The notes beneath the pieces are model-generated. The model searched no databases. It had not been told where the DNA came from and saw only the letters and a program-made list of their open reading frames with translations. Positions 1 through 12,664 of a DNA stretch of 64,000 nucleotides are shown here, piece after piece. This DNA is from the human T2T-CHM13v2.0 reference genome, Homo sapiens: the NCBI RefSeq assembly GCF_009914755.1, contig NC_060940.1; one strand, given 5' to 3'. The number at the start of each line of letters is the position of its first letter. The first letter of the stretch is position 1. The position numbers and the translations under genes are program-made.

Positions 1-3000
1 ATGACTCCATTTGATCCCATTCGATGATTTCCTTTGATTCCCTTTGATGATCATTCCATTTGATTCAATTCGGTGATTTCATTTGATTCCATTCAGTGAT
101 GTTTCCATTCGACTCCATTCGATGATGATTCCATTCGACTACATTCGATTATGATTTCATTCAATTCCATTCGATAAAGATTCCCTTCGAGTCCAAACTA
201 TGATTCCATTCGATTCCATTCAACGATGATTTGATTCGTGTCCATTCGATGATTCCATTTGATTCCACTTGATGAGGATTCCATTCGAGTCCATTTGATG
301 ATTCCATTCAATTCCATTCTCCGATGATTTCTTTTGAGCCCATTCAATGCTTCCACTCGATTACATATGATGATGACTCCATTCGATGAAACTCGATGAT
401 GATTCCATTCGCTTGCATTCGATGATGATTCCACTTGAGTCCGTTAGAAGATTCTATTCAATTACATTCCATGACGATTCTGTTCGAGTCCATTTGATGA
501 TTCCATTACACTCCATTCGACAATGATTCCATTCAATGTTATTCGATGATTCCATTCGATCTCATTCGATGATGATTCCATTCAAGTCCATTCGATGTTT
601 CCATTCGAGTTCATTCTATTATTCCATTAGATTCCATTCGATGATGATTCCATTCGATTCCATTTGATGATTGCATTCTATTTCATTTGATGATGATTCC
701 ATTCGAGTCCATTCGATGATTCCATTCGAGTCCATTTAATGAATCCATTGGTTTCAATTCTATGATGATTATATTGGATTCCATTCGTTGATGATTTCAT
801 TCGATTCCATTCAATGATGATTCCATTCAATTCCATTCAATGATTCCATTCAATTCCATACGATGATGATTCCATTTGATTTGATTCGACAGTGAGCCAT
901 TCGATTCAATTCCATGATGATTCTGTTTGATTCACTTGGTTGACATTTCCATTCGATTCCATTCGATGATGATTCCATTTGATTCCATTCAAAGATGATT
1001 CCATTCTAGCCCATTCAATCATTCCATTCGATTCTATTCAATGATGATTCCATTCATGTCGATTTGGTGATTCCATTTGACTTCATTTGATGATGATTCC
1101 TTTCAAGTTCATTAGATGATTCCATTCGATTCCATTTGATGATGATCCCATTCGAGTCCATTCAGTGATTCCACTCGTTTCCATTCCATGATGATTCCAT
1201 TCCATTCCATTCAATGATTCCATTCGATTCCGTTTGATGATGATTTCATTCGAGTCCATTTGATGATTCCATTTGATTCCATTCGATGATGATTCCATTC
1301 GAGTCCATTCGATGATTCTATTCGAATCCATTTGATGATTTCTTTTGATTATATTTGGTGATGATTCCATTGGAGTCCATTCAATGATTCCATTCGATTC
1401 CAATCGATGGTGGTTCCATTAGAGTCCATTTAATGATTCCATTTGATTCCAGTCTCTGATGTTTACATTCGAGTCCATACGATGATTCCACTCAATTCCA
1501 TATGATGATGATTCCATTCGATTCCATTCGATGATTCCATTCTATTCTATTCAATGGTGATTCCATTCGAGTACATTAGATGATTCCATTCGATTCCATT
1601 CAATGATGATTCTATTTGTGTCCCTTAGATGATTCCACATGATTCCATTAGATGATGATACTATTTGAGCCCATCCAATGATTCCCTTCGATTCCATTCG
1701 ATGAGGATTCCATTCGATTCAATTCATTGGTGATTCTATTCAATTCAATTCTTTGATTCAATTCCATTCCATTCGACAATGATTCCATTCGATTTCTTTC
1801 GATGATTCCACTCAATTTCACTTGACATTGATTCCATTCGATTCCATTCAATGATTCCATTTGATTCCAGTGGATGATGATTGCCGTCGATTCCATTCGA
1901 TCACTCCATTCTGTTCCATTTGATGATGATTACATTCGATTCCATTTGATGATTCCATCTGATTCTATTCGAGGATTCCATTTGATTCCATTCGATGATG
2001 ATTCCATTCGAGTCCATTCGATGGTTTCATTCGAGTACATCCAATGATTCCATTCGAGTCCATTTGATGATTCCATTTCATTCCATTTGATTATGATTCT
2101 ACTAGAGTCCATTCAATGACTCCATTCGAGTCCATTCAACAGTTCCATCCGAGTCCATTCGATGATTCCATTCGATTCCATTTGATGATTCCATTCGAGT
2201 CCATTTAATCATTACAGTCGAGTCCATTTGGTGATTCCACTGGATTTCTTTTGATAATGATACCATTCAATTACATTTGATGATGATCCCATTCAATTTC
2301 ATTTGATGATGATTCCATTAGAGTCCATTCCCTGATTTCATTCGAGTCCCTTCATTGATTCCATCCGATTTCATTTCATGATGACTCCATTCGAGTCCAT
2401 TCGATGATTCCACTCGATTCCTTTAGATGATTCCATTGGAGTCCATTTGATTGTTCCATTCGATTCCATTCGATTCCTTTCGAAGATTATTCCATTTGAG
2501 TCCATTCGATGATGATTCCATTCCATTCCATTCGATGATTCCGTTTGATTCCATTCGATGATTCCCTGCGATTCCTTTCTATGATGATTCCATTCCATTC
2601 CATTCAATGATTCCATTCGAATGTATTCCATGATGATTCCTTTCGATTCCATTCGCTGATGTTTCCGTTCAATTCCATTCGATGATGATTCCATTCGATT
2701 CCATTCATTGAGGATTCCATTGGATTCCATTCAATGATGATTCCATTCTATTCCATTCAATGATTGCATTCAATTCCATTCAATGATTATGCCATTAGAG
2801 TAAATTCAACGATTCCATTCAATACCATTCGATGATGATTCCTTTTGAGTCCATTCAATGATTTCATTCAAGTCCATTTGATGATTCCTTTCAATTCCAT
2901 TCCATGATGATTCCATTCGAGTCCATTCGATGATTCCATTCGATTGCATTCGATGATTCCATTATATTCCATTCAACGATGATTCCATTCGAGTCCATTC

Positions 3001-6000
3001 GATGATTCCATTAGAGTACATTTAATGATTGCTTTGTTTTCAATTCGAAGATGATTACATTGGATTCCATTCTATGATTCCATTCGATTGCATTCATTGA
3101 TGATTCCACCCAATTCCATTCGATGATGATTCCATTCGATTTCAATGATTCTACTCGATTCCATTCAATGATGATTCAATTCTATTCCGTTTGATGATTC
3201 CATTAGATTCCATTCTATGATGATTCCATTCGAGTCCATTCGAAGATTTCATTCGATTACATTCCATGACGATTCCATTCGAGTCCATTCGATGATTCCA
3301 TTTGAATCCATTCGACGATGATTCCATTTGATGCTATCCGATGATTCCATTGGATTCCATTCGATGATGATTCCATTCGACTTGATTTGATGTTTCTATT
3401 TGAGTCCATTCGGTTATTTTATTAGACTACATTCGATGATGATTCCATTCGATGCCATTCAATGATTCCATTTGATTCCACTCAATGATGATTGCATTCG
3501 TGTCCATTCGATGATTCCATTTGGTTCCATTTGATGATGATTCCATTCGAGTCCATTCGATGATACCATTCAATTCCATTCGATGATCATTCCATTCGAA
3601 TCCATTTGATGATTCCACTCAATTCCATTTGATGACTCCTTTCATTCCCATTCGATGATTCCCTTCAGTTCCAATTGGATGATCTTTCCATTTGATTCAA
3701 TATGGTGACTCCATTCTATTATATTCAATGATGATTCCATTCGACTCCATTAGATGATGACTCCATTCCATTCCATTCGATTGTGATTTCATTCGATTCC
3801 ATTCGAAGATGATTCCATTCGAGTCCATTTGATGATTCCATTCGATTCCATTCAATGATGATTCCACTCAAATCCATTGGATGATTCCATTCGTTTCCAA
3901 TTGGTGATTTCATTAGATTCCATTCGAGGATGATTCTATTCGAGTCCATTCAATGATTCCATTGGATTCCGTTTGATAATGATTCCATTAGAGTTCATTC
4001 GATGATTCCCTTCGAGTCCATTCGATTATTTCTTTTGATTCCATTTGATGATGATTCCATTCGATTCCATTCAATGATTCCATTCCATTCCATTCGATGA
4101 TGATTCCATTCGATAATGATTACATTCGAGCCCATGTGATGATTCCATTAGATTCTATTCAATGATGATTCCATTCGACCACATTCGATGATGGCATTCG
4201 AGTCCATTCGATGATTTCACTCGATTCCACTTGATGATGATTCCTTTTGAGTCCATTTGATGATTACATTCGAGTCCATGAGATGACTCCATTCGATTCC
4301 ATTTCATGATGATGCAATTCGAGGCTATTCGATCATCCCATTTTAGTGCATTCGGTGATTCTCTTTTATTACATTCGATGAGGGCTCCATTCGAGTCCAT
4401 TCAATGATTCCATTAGATTCCACTCGATGATGATTCCATTTGAGTCCATTCAAAGATTCCTTTCGAGTCCATTCGATAATTCTATTGGATTCCACTAGGT
4501 GATGATTCCTTTCGAGTCAATTCGATGATTCCTTTCAAGTGCCTTCAATGATTCCATTCGATTCCATTCGATGACGATTCATTTCAAGTCCATTCAATGG
4601 TTCCATTCTGTTGAATTTGATGGTTCCATTTGATTCCATTCGATGATGATTCCATTCGTGTCCATTGGATGATTCCATTCGATTCCTTTCGAGGAAGATT
4701 CCATTCGACTCCATTCGATGATTCCGTTCGATTCCATTCCATGATGATTCCATTTGATTCCATTCCATGATTCCATTCGATACCATTCGATGATGATTCC
4801 ATTCGACTCCATTTGATGAATCCATTCAATGCTTCCATTCGAGTCCATTCGATGATTCCATTCGATTCCATTCCATGAAGATTCCATTCGAGTACATTTG
4901 ATGATTCCATTTAATTCCATAGGATGATGATTCTATTAGGGTCCGTTGACTATTCCATTCAATTCCATTCGAAGATTCCATTCGAGTCCACTCGATGATT
5001 CTATTTGATTCCATTTGATAATTCCATTCGATTCCATTTGATGTTGATTCCATTCGAGTCCATTCGATCATTATTACATTTGATTCTATTCGATGATTCC
5101 ATTCGATTCCATTTGATGAGGATTCCATTCGAGACCATTTGATGATTCCATTCAATTCCATTGGATGATTCCAATATTTTCCATTAGATGATGATTCCAT
5201 TCGATTCCATTCAATGATGATTCCATCAGAATCCATTCGATGATGACTCCTTTTGCTTCCATTCAATGATCATTACATTCGGTTCCATTCGATGATGATT
5301 CCTTTGGATTCCATTCGATGATGCTTCCATTCGATTCCATTTGATGATGATTCTTTTCGATTCCATTTGATGATGATTCCATTTGATTCCATTCGATGGT
5401 GATTCCATTTGATGATTCCATTCGATTGTATTCGATGATGATTCCACTCGATTCTATTTGATGATGACTGCATTCGATTCCATTTGATGATTCCATTTGA
5501 TTCCATTCGATGATGATTCTGATCAATTGCATTCGATGATCCATTCGATTCCATTTGATGGTTCCATTTGATTCCATTTGATAATGATTCCTTTCGAGTC
5601 CATTCGATGATTCCATTTGCGGATATTCGATAATTCCATTTGAGTCCAACCGATGATTCCATTCGAGGCCATTCAATCATTCTTTTTGAGTCCTTTCGAT
5701 AAAGATTCCATTTTAGTCCATTCAATAATTCCACTGGAGTCCATTCGATGATTGCTTTTAATTCCATTCGATGATATTCCATTCGAGTCCATTCGATGAT
5801 TCCATTCGTTGCTATTAGATGATGATTCCATTCATGACCATTTGGTGATTCCATTCGATTTCATTCGTTGATGATTCCATTCGAGTCCATTCCATGATTC
5901 CATTCAAGTCCATTTGATGATTTCTTTGAATTCAATTCGATGATGATTCCATTCGAGTCCATTCGATGATTCCATTCAGTTCCATTCGATGATGATTCCT

Positions 6001-7331
6001 TTCGAGACCATATGATGATTCCATTTGATTTCATTCGATGATGATTCCATTCGATTCCATTCGATGATTCCATTCTATTCCATTCGATGATGATTCCATT
6101 CGAGTCCATTTAATGATTCCATTGGGTTCAATTCAATGATGATTACATTGGATTCTCTTCTATGATACCATTCAATTCCGTTCATTGACAATTTGATTCC
6201 ATTCGATGATGATTCCATTTGAGTTCATTCGATGATTCTATTCGATTCTCTTCGATGGTGATTCAATTCTATTATATTGGATGATTCCATTCGATTCCAT
6301 TTGATGTTGATTCAATTCGATTCTATTCGATGATGATTCCATTGGATTTCATTTGATGATTCTATTCGATTCCATTCAATGATGATTCACTTCTCGTCCA
6401 TTGGATGATTCCATTTCATTCCATTCGATGATGATTCCATTCGATTCCATTCGATGATTCCATTTGATTCCATTCGACGGTGAGCAATTCGATTCAATTC
6501 CATGATGATTCTATTTGATTCAGTTAGATGATGTTTCCATTCGAATCCATTCCATGATTATTCCATTGGAATCCATTCGGCGATGATTCCATATGAGTCA
6601 ATTCAATGATGCTTCCATATGGGTCAGTTCGATGATAATTCCATTTGATTTCATTCGATGCTTCTATTCAATTCCAGTCGATGATGATTCCGTTGGAGTC
6701 CATACGATGACTCCATTTGATTTCATTTGATGATGATTCCATTCGATTCCATTCGATGACTCCATTCTGTTCCATTCGATGATGATTCCATTCGAGTCCA
6801 TTCGATGATTCCATTCGAGTCCATTTCATGATTCCATTGGGTTCAATTCGATGATGATTACACTGGATTCCATTCTATGATTCCATTCAATTCCATTCGT
6901 TGATGATTCGATTCCATTCAATGATGATTCCATTTGAGTTCATTCGATGATTCTATTCGATTCCGTTCGATGGTGATTCAATTCTATTATATTGGATGAT
7001 TCCATTCGATTCCATTTGATGATGATTCCATTCGATTCCATTCGATGATGATTCCATTTGATTCCATTTGATGTTGATTCTATTCGATTCTATTCAATGA
7101 TGATTCCATTCGATTTCATTTGATGATTCTATTCGATTCCTTTCGATGATTCTATTCCATTCCATTCGATGATGATTCAATTCTCTTCCATTGGATGATT
7201 CCATTTTATTCCATTCGACGATGACTCCATTTGATTCCATTCAATGATGATTCCATTCGATTCCATTCGGTGATTCCATTTGATTCCATTCGACGGTGAG
7301 CAATTTGATTCAATTCCATAATGATTCTATT

Positions 7332-7342
7332 TGATTCAATTA
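7332..7342 (-). promoter_or_regulatory. Candidate DUX4-type double-homeodomain motif (TAATTGAATCA on -), representative of 9 homologous sites
   Basis: TGATTCARTTA is seen at 6516, 7332, 19180, 19996, 22606, 33888, 46192, 56455 and 57271, and fits TAAYBBAATCA. DUX4 binding to HSATII is established, but binding at these sites is not shown. Confidence 0.35.
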
Positions 7343-7370
7343 GATGATGTTTCCATTCGAATCCATTCGG

Positions 7371-9059
7371 TGATGATTCCATTGGTATCCATTCGACGAT
7401 GATTCCATATGAGTCAATTCGATGATGATTCCATACGAGTCCGTTGGATGATAATTCCATTTGATTTCATTCATTCCTTCTATTCGATTCCACTTGATGA
7501 TGATTCCATCTGAATCCATTCTCCGATTCCATTCGATTTCATTCGATGCTTCTATTTGATTTCATTCGAAGATGATTCCTTTCAATTCCGTTCATTAATT
7601 CCATTTGATTCCATTCGATGATGATTCCATCCGATTCCATTGGATGATGATTCCATTCGAGTCCATTCGATGATTCCGTTCTAATCCATTCTATGATTCC
7701 ATTCGAGTCCATTCGATGATTCCATTCGATTCCATTCAGTGATGATTCCATTTGATTCCATCTGATGATGATTTCATTTGATTCCATTCGATGATGATTC
7801 CATTGGAGTCCATTGAATGATTCAATTCAATTCCATTCCATGTGGATTCCATTCGAATTCATTCGATTATTCCATTCAAATCCCTTCGTTGATTCCATCT
7901 GATTCCACTTGACGATGATTCCATTCAAGTCCAATCGATGATTCCATTCGGTTCCATTCAATGATTCCATTCGAGTCCATTTATGTATTATATTCGTGTC
8001 CACTTGATGACTCACTCCATTCAATTCCATTTAATGATGATTCCATTTGATTCCATTTGATGATTCAGTTCGATTCCTTACAATGATTCCCTACGATTCC
8101 TTTCTATGATGATTCCATTCGATTCCATTCATTGATGATTCCATTCGACTCCATTCGATGATGATTCCTTTCGATTCCATTTGACGATGTTTCCATTTGA
8201 GTCCATTCGATGATGATTCCATTGGTATCCATTCGACGATGATTCCATATGAGTCAATTCGATGATGATTCCATACGAGTCCGTTGGATGATAATTCCAT
8301 TTGATTTCATTCAATCCTTCTATTCGATTCCATTTGATGATGATTCCATCTGAATCCATTCTCCGATTCCATTCGATTTCATTCGATGCTTCTATTTGAT
8401 TTCATTCGAAGATGATTCCTTTCAATTCCATTCATTAATTCCATTTGATTCCATTCGATGATGATTCCATCCGATTCCATTGGATGATGATTCCACTCGA
8501 GTCCATTCGATGATTCCGTTCTAATCCATTCTATGATTCCATTCGAGTCCATTCGATGATTCCATTCGATTCCATTCAGTGATGATTCCATTTGATTCCA
8601 TCTGATGATGATTTCATTTGATTCCATTCGATGATGATTCCATTGGAGTCCATTGAATGATTCAATTCAATTCCATTCCATGTGGATTCCATTCGAATTC
8701 ATTCGATTATTCCATTCAAATCCCTTCGTTGATTCCATCTGATTCCACTTGACGATGATTCCATTCAAGTCCAATCGATGATTCCATTCGGTTCCATTCA
8801 ATGATTCCATTCGAGTCCATTTATGTATTATATTCGTGTCCACTTGATGACTCACTCCATTCAATTCCATTTAATGATGATTCCATTTGATTCCATTTGA
8901 TGATTCAGTTCGATTCCTTACAATGATTCCCTACGATTCCTTTCTATGATGATTCCATTCGATTCCATTCATTGATGATTCCATTCGACTCCATTCGATG
9001 ATGATTCCTTTCGATTCCATTTGACGATGTTTCCATTTGAGTCCATTCGATGATGATTC
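7371..9059 (+). repeat. 840-bp tandem duplication (2 near-identical copies) within A1
   Basis: Printed lines 7381-8200 and 8221-9040 are in identical register. Identical ORFs at 7539/8379 and 7827/8667. Confidence 0.93.
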
Positions 9060-12000
9060 AATTCAGTTCTGTTCTATTATGAATCCATTCGATTTCATTC
9101 AATGCTTCTATTTGATTCCATTCGACGATGATTCCATCTCTTTCCCTTCGATGATTCCATTTGATTCCATTCAGTGATGATTCCATTTGATTCCATCTGA
9201 TGATGATTTCACTTGATTCATTTCAATGATGATTCCATTCAAGTCCATTCGATGATTCCATTGGAGTCCAAACGATCATTCCATTCGATTCCATTCAATG
9301 ATGATTCCATTCATGTCCATTCAATGAATCCTTTCAATTCCATTCGATGATGACTCCATTCGAGTACATTCGATGATTCCATTTGATTCCATCTGATGAT
9401 GATTACATTCAATTCCATTCGAAGATGATTCCATTCAATTCCACTTGATGATGATTCCGTATGAATCCATTCGCTGATTATTCCATTCGATTCCATTCAT
9501 TGACGATTCCATTCGATTCCATTCAATGATGATTCTCTTCTATTGCATTCGATGATTCCGTTCGATTCCATTCGATGATGATTCCATTAGATTCCATTCG
9601 ATTGTTGCATTCGATTCCCTTCGATGATGATTCCTTTGAATTCCATTCGATTATGATTCCGTATGAATCCATTTGATGATTATTCCATTGGATTCCTTTC
9701 GATGATGATTCCATTCGATTCCATTTGATGATGTTTCTCATGTATTCCATTTGATAATTCCTTTCAATTCCCTTCGATGATGATTCTTTCGAGTCAATTC
9801 GATGATTCTATTCCATTCCCTTCGATGATGATTCCATTTCACTCCATTCGATGATTCCATTCGATTCAATTTGGTGATGATTCAATTCGATGACATTCGA
9901 TGACTCCATTCAATTTCATTTGATGATGATTACATTCGAGTCCATTTGATGATTGTATTCCTTTCCTTTTGATGATTATTCCATTCGTGTCTATTCAAAG
10001 ATTCCATTCTATTCCATTCAACGATGATTCCAATTGATTCCATTCAATGATTATGGCTATCGATTCCACTCGTTGATTCCATTTGATTCCATTCGATGAT
10101 TATTCCGTTAGATTCCATTAGGAGATTCCATTCGATTTTATTCAATGATTCCAATTGATTCCATTCAATGATGATTCCATTCGACTCCATTCAGTGATTC
10201 CATTTGAGTCCATTTGATGATTCCATTCGAGTCCATTTGGTGATTCCATTCTTTTCCATTTGATGATGATTCCATTAGGGTCCATTCAATGATTCCATTC
10301 GAGTCCATTCGTTAATGCCTTTCGAGTCCTTTTGATCACTACATTCGAGTCCATTCAATGATTCTATTCGATTCCATTCCATGATGATTCCATTCGAGTT
10401 CATTCGATGATTGCATTCGAGTCCATTTGATGATTCCATAAGATTCCATTCGACAATGATTCCATTCGTGTCCATTTGATGATTCCATTCATTTCCTATC
10501 GATGAAGATTCCATTCGAGTGTATTCGATGATTCCATTCAAATCCATTCGATGATGATTCCATTCCAGTCCATTCGATCATTCCACTTGATTCCATTTGA
10601 TGACTATTCCATTCAAATCCATTTGATGATTCCATTCGATTCCATTCGATGTTACCATTCCAGTATATACGATGATTCCACTCGATTCCATTTGATGATT
10701 ATTCCATTGGAGTCGACTTAGTGAATCCTTTAGATTCTACTCGAAGATGATTCCATTCGAGTCCATTCGATGATACCATTCAATTCCATTCGTTGATGCT
10801 TCCATTCAAGTGCATTCGATGATATCATTCGATTCCATTTGATGATAATTCCATTTGATTCCATGTGATGATTCTATTCCATTCCATTCAATGATAATTC
10901 CATTCAATTCAGTGATTCCTCTGGACTCCATTTGATGATGATTCCATTCAATGATTCCATTCGATTCTATTCGAAAATGATTCCATTTGAATCCATTTGA
11001 TGATGATTCCATTCGATTCCATTTGATGATTCCATTCGATTCCATTCGACGATGATTCCATTCGATTCCATTTGATGATTCCATTCTATTCTATTCGATG
11101 ATGATTCCATTCGATTCCATTCGATGATGATTGGATTCGATTCCATTTGATGATTTCATTTGATTCAATTCGATGATGATTTCGATCAATTCCATTCGAT
11201 GATTCCATTCGATTCCATTTGATAATGATTACATCCGAGTCCATTCGATGATTCCATTTGAGCCCGTTCGATAATTCCATTTGAGTCCAATCAATGATTC
11301 CATTCATTTCCATTCAATGATTCCATTCGAGTCCATTTGATCATTCCGGTAGGGTCCGTTCGATGTTGATTCCATTGGAGTGCCTTCGATGATTCCATTC
11401 GAGTCCATTTTAGGATTTGATTCGAGTCCTTTCGATGATTCCATTCGATTCCACTCGATGATGATTTCATTCGAGTCCATTCGACACTTCCAATCGATTC
11501 CATTTGATGTTTCCATTCGAGTCCAATTGATGATTCCATTCAATTCCATTCGATGATGATTCCGTACGATTCCATTCTGTGATGATTCCATGTGATTGCA
11601 TTCAATGATGATTCCTTTCGATTGCATTCGATTATGATTCATTTCGTGTTCATTCTATGGTTCCACAGGTTTCACATCGTGTCCATTCCATTATTCCATT
11701 CTATTCCATTTGATGATGATTCCATTCGATTCCATTCATTGGTGATTCCACTCAATTCCATTCAATGATTCCATTCCATTTCTTTCAACAATGATTCCAT
11801 TAGTTTCTAATCGATGATCCACTTGATTCCATTTGACGATGATTCCATTCTTGTCCATTCGATGATTCCATTTGATTCCATATGATGATGATTCCATTCG
11901 ATTCCACACGATGATTATTCCATTCGAGTCCATTCAATGGTGATTCCATTCAATTCCATTCGATGATTCCTTTCGATTCCATTTGATGATGATGGCATTC

Positions 12001-12664
12001 GATTCCTTTCAATCATTCCCTTTGATTCCACTCAAAGGTGATTTCATTCAAGTCCATTCGATAATTGCATTCGATTCCATTCTATGATGATTCCATTCGA
12101 GTCCATTTGATGATTCCATTCAATTCAAGTCAATGATGATTCCATTCGATTCCATTCGATGATTCCATTGGATTCCATTCGATGATGATTCCATTCAAAT
12201 CCATTCGATAATTCAATTCACGTCCATTCGATGATGATTCCAATCGAATCCATTCAAAGATTCCATTCAATTCCATTCGATGATTCCCTTAGATTCCATT
12301 CGATGATTCCACTTGATTCCATTTACGATGATTCCATTCGATTCCATGTGATGATTCCATTCAATTCTATTCAATGATGTTTCCATTTGATTCCATTCGA
12401 CCATGATTGCCTTTGATTCCATTCAATGATTCCATTCGGTTCCGTTTGATGATGATTCCGTTCGATTCCATTTGATGATTCCATTTGATTCCATTGGATG
12501 AGTCCATTCGATTACATTCGATGATTATTCCATTCGAGTGCATTAGATGATTCCATTCGAGTCCATTCGATGATTCCATTCGAGTCCATTCGATGATTCC
12601 ATTCGATTCCATTCGATGTTGATTCTGTTCAAATCCATTCGATGATTCCACTCGATTCCATTCG

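Larger units (their letters stand above)
1..12664 (+). repeat. Macro-repeat type A, copy A1 (12,664-bp period; phase set arbitrarily by the window start)
   Basis: Position 1 'atgactccatttgatcccattcg' recurs at 12665. Identical ORFs sit at a constant offset of 12664 (198/12862, 1083/13747, 2371/15035, 5273/17937, 7539/20203). Confidence 0.93.

Noticed and set aside
5273-5854. Longest ORF (193 aa), conserved identically at 17937 and 55212
   Set aside because: The identity reflects recent DNA duplication of the whole block, including non-ORF flanks, not purifying selection.
7975-8005. AT-rich 'ttatgtattatattcg' as a TATA-like promoter element
   Set aside because: It is not a canonical TATAWAW, has no other promoter context, and is explicable as a mutated monomer copied along with the duplications.
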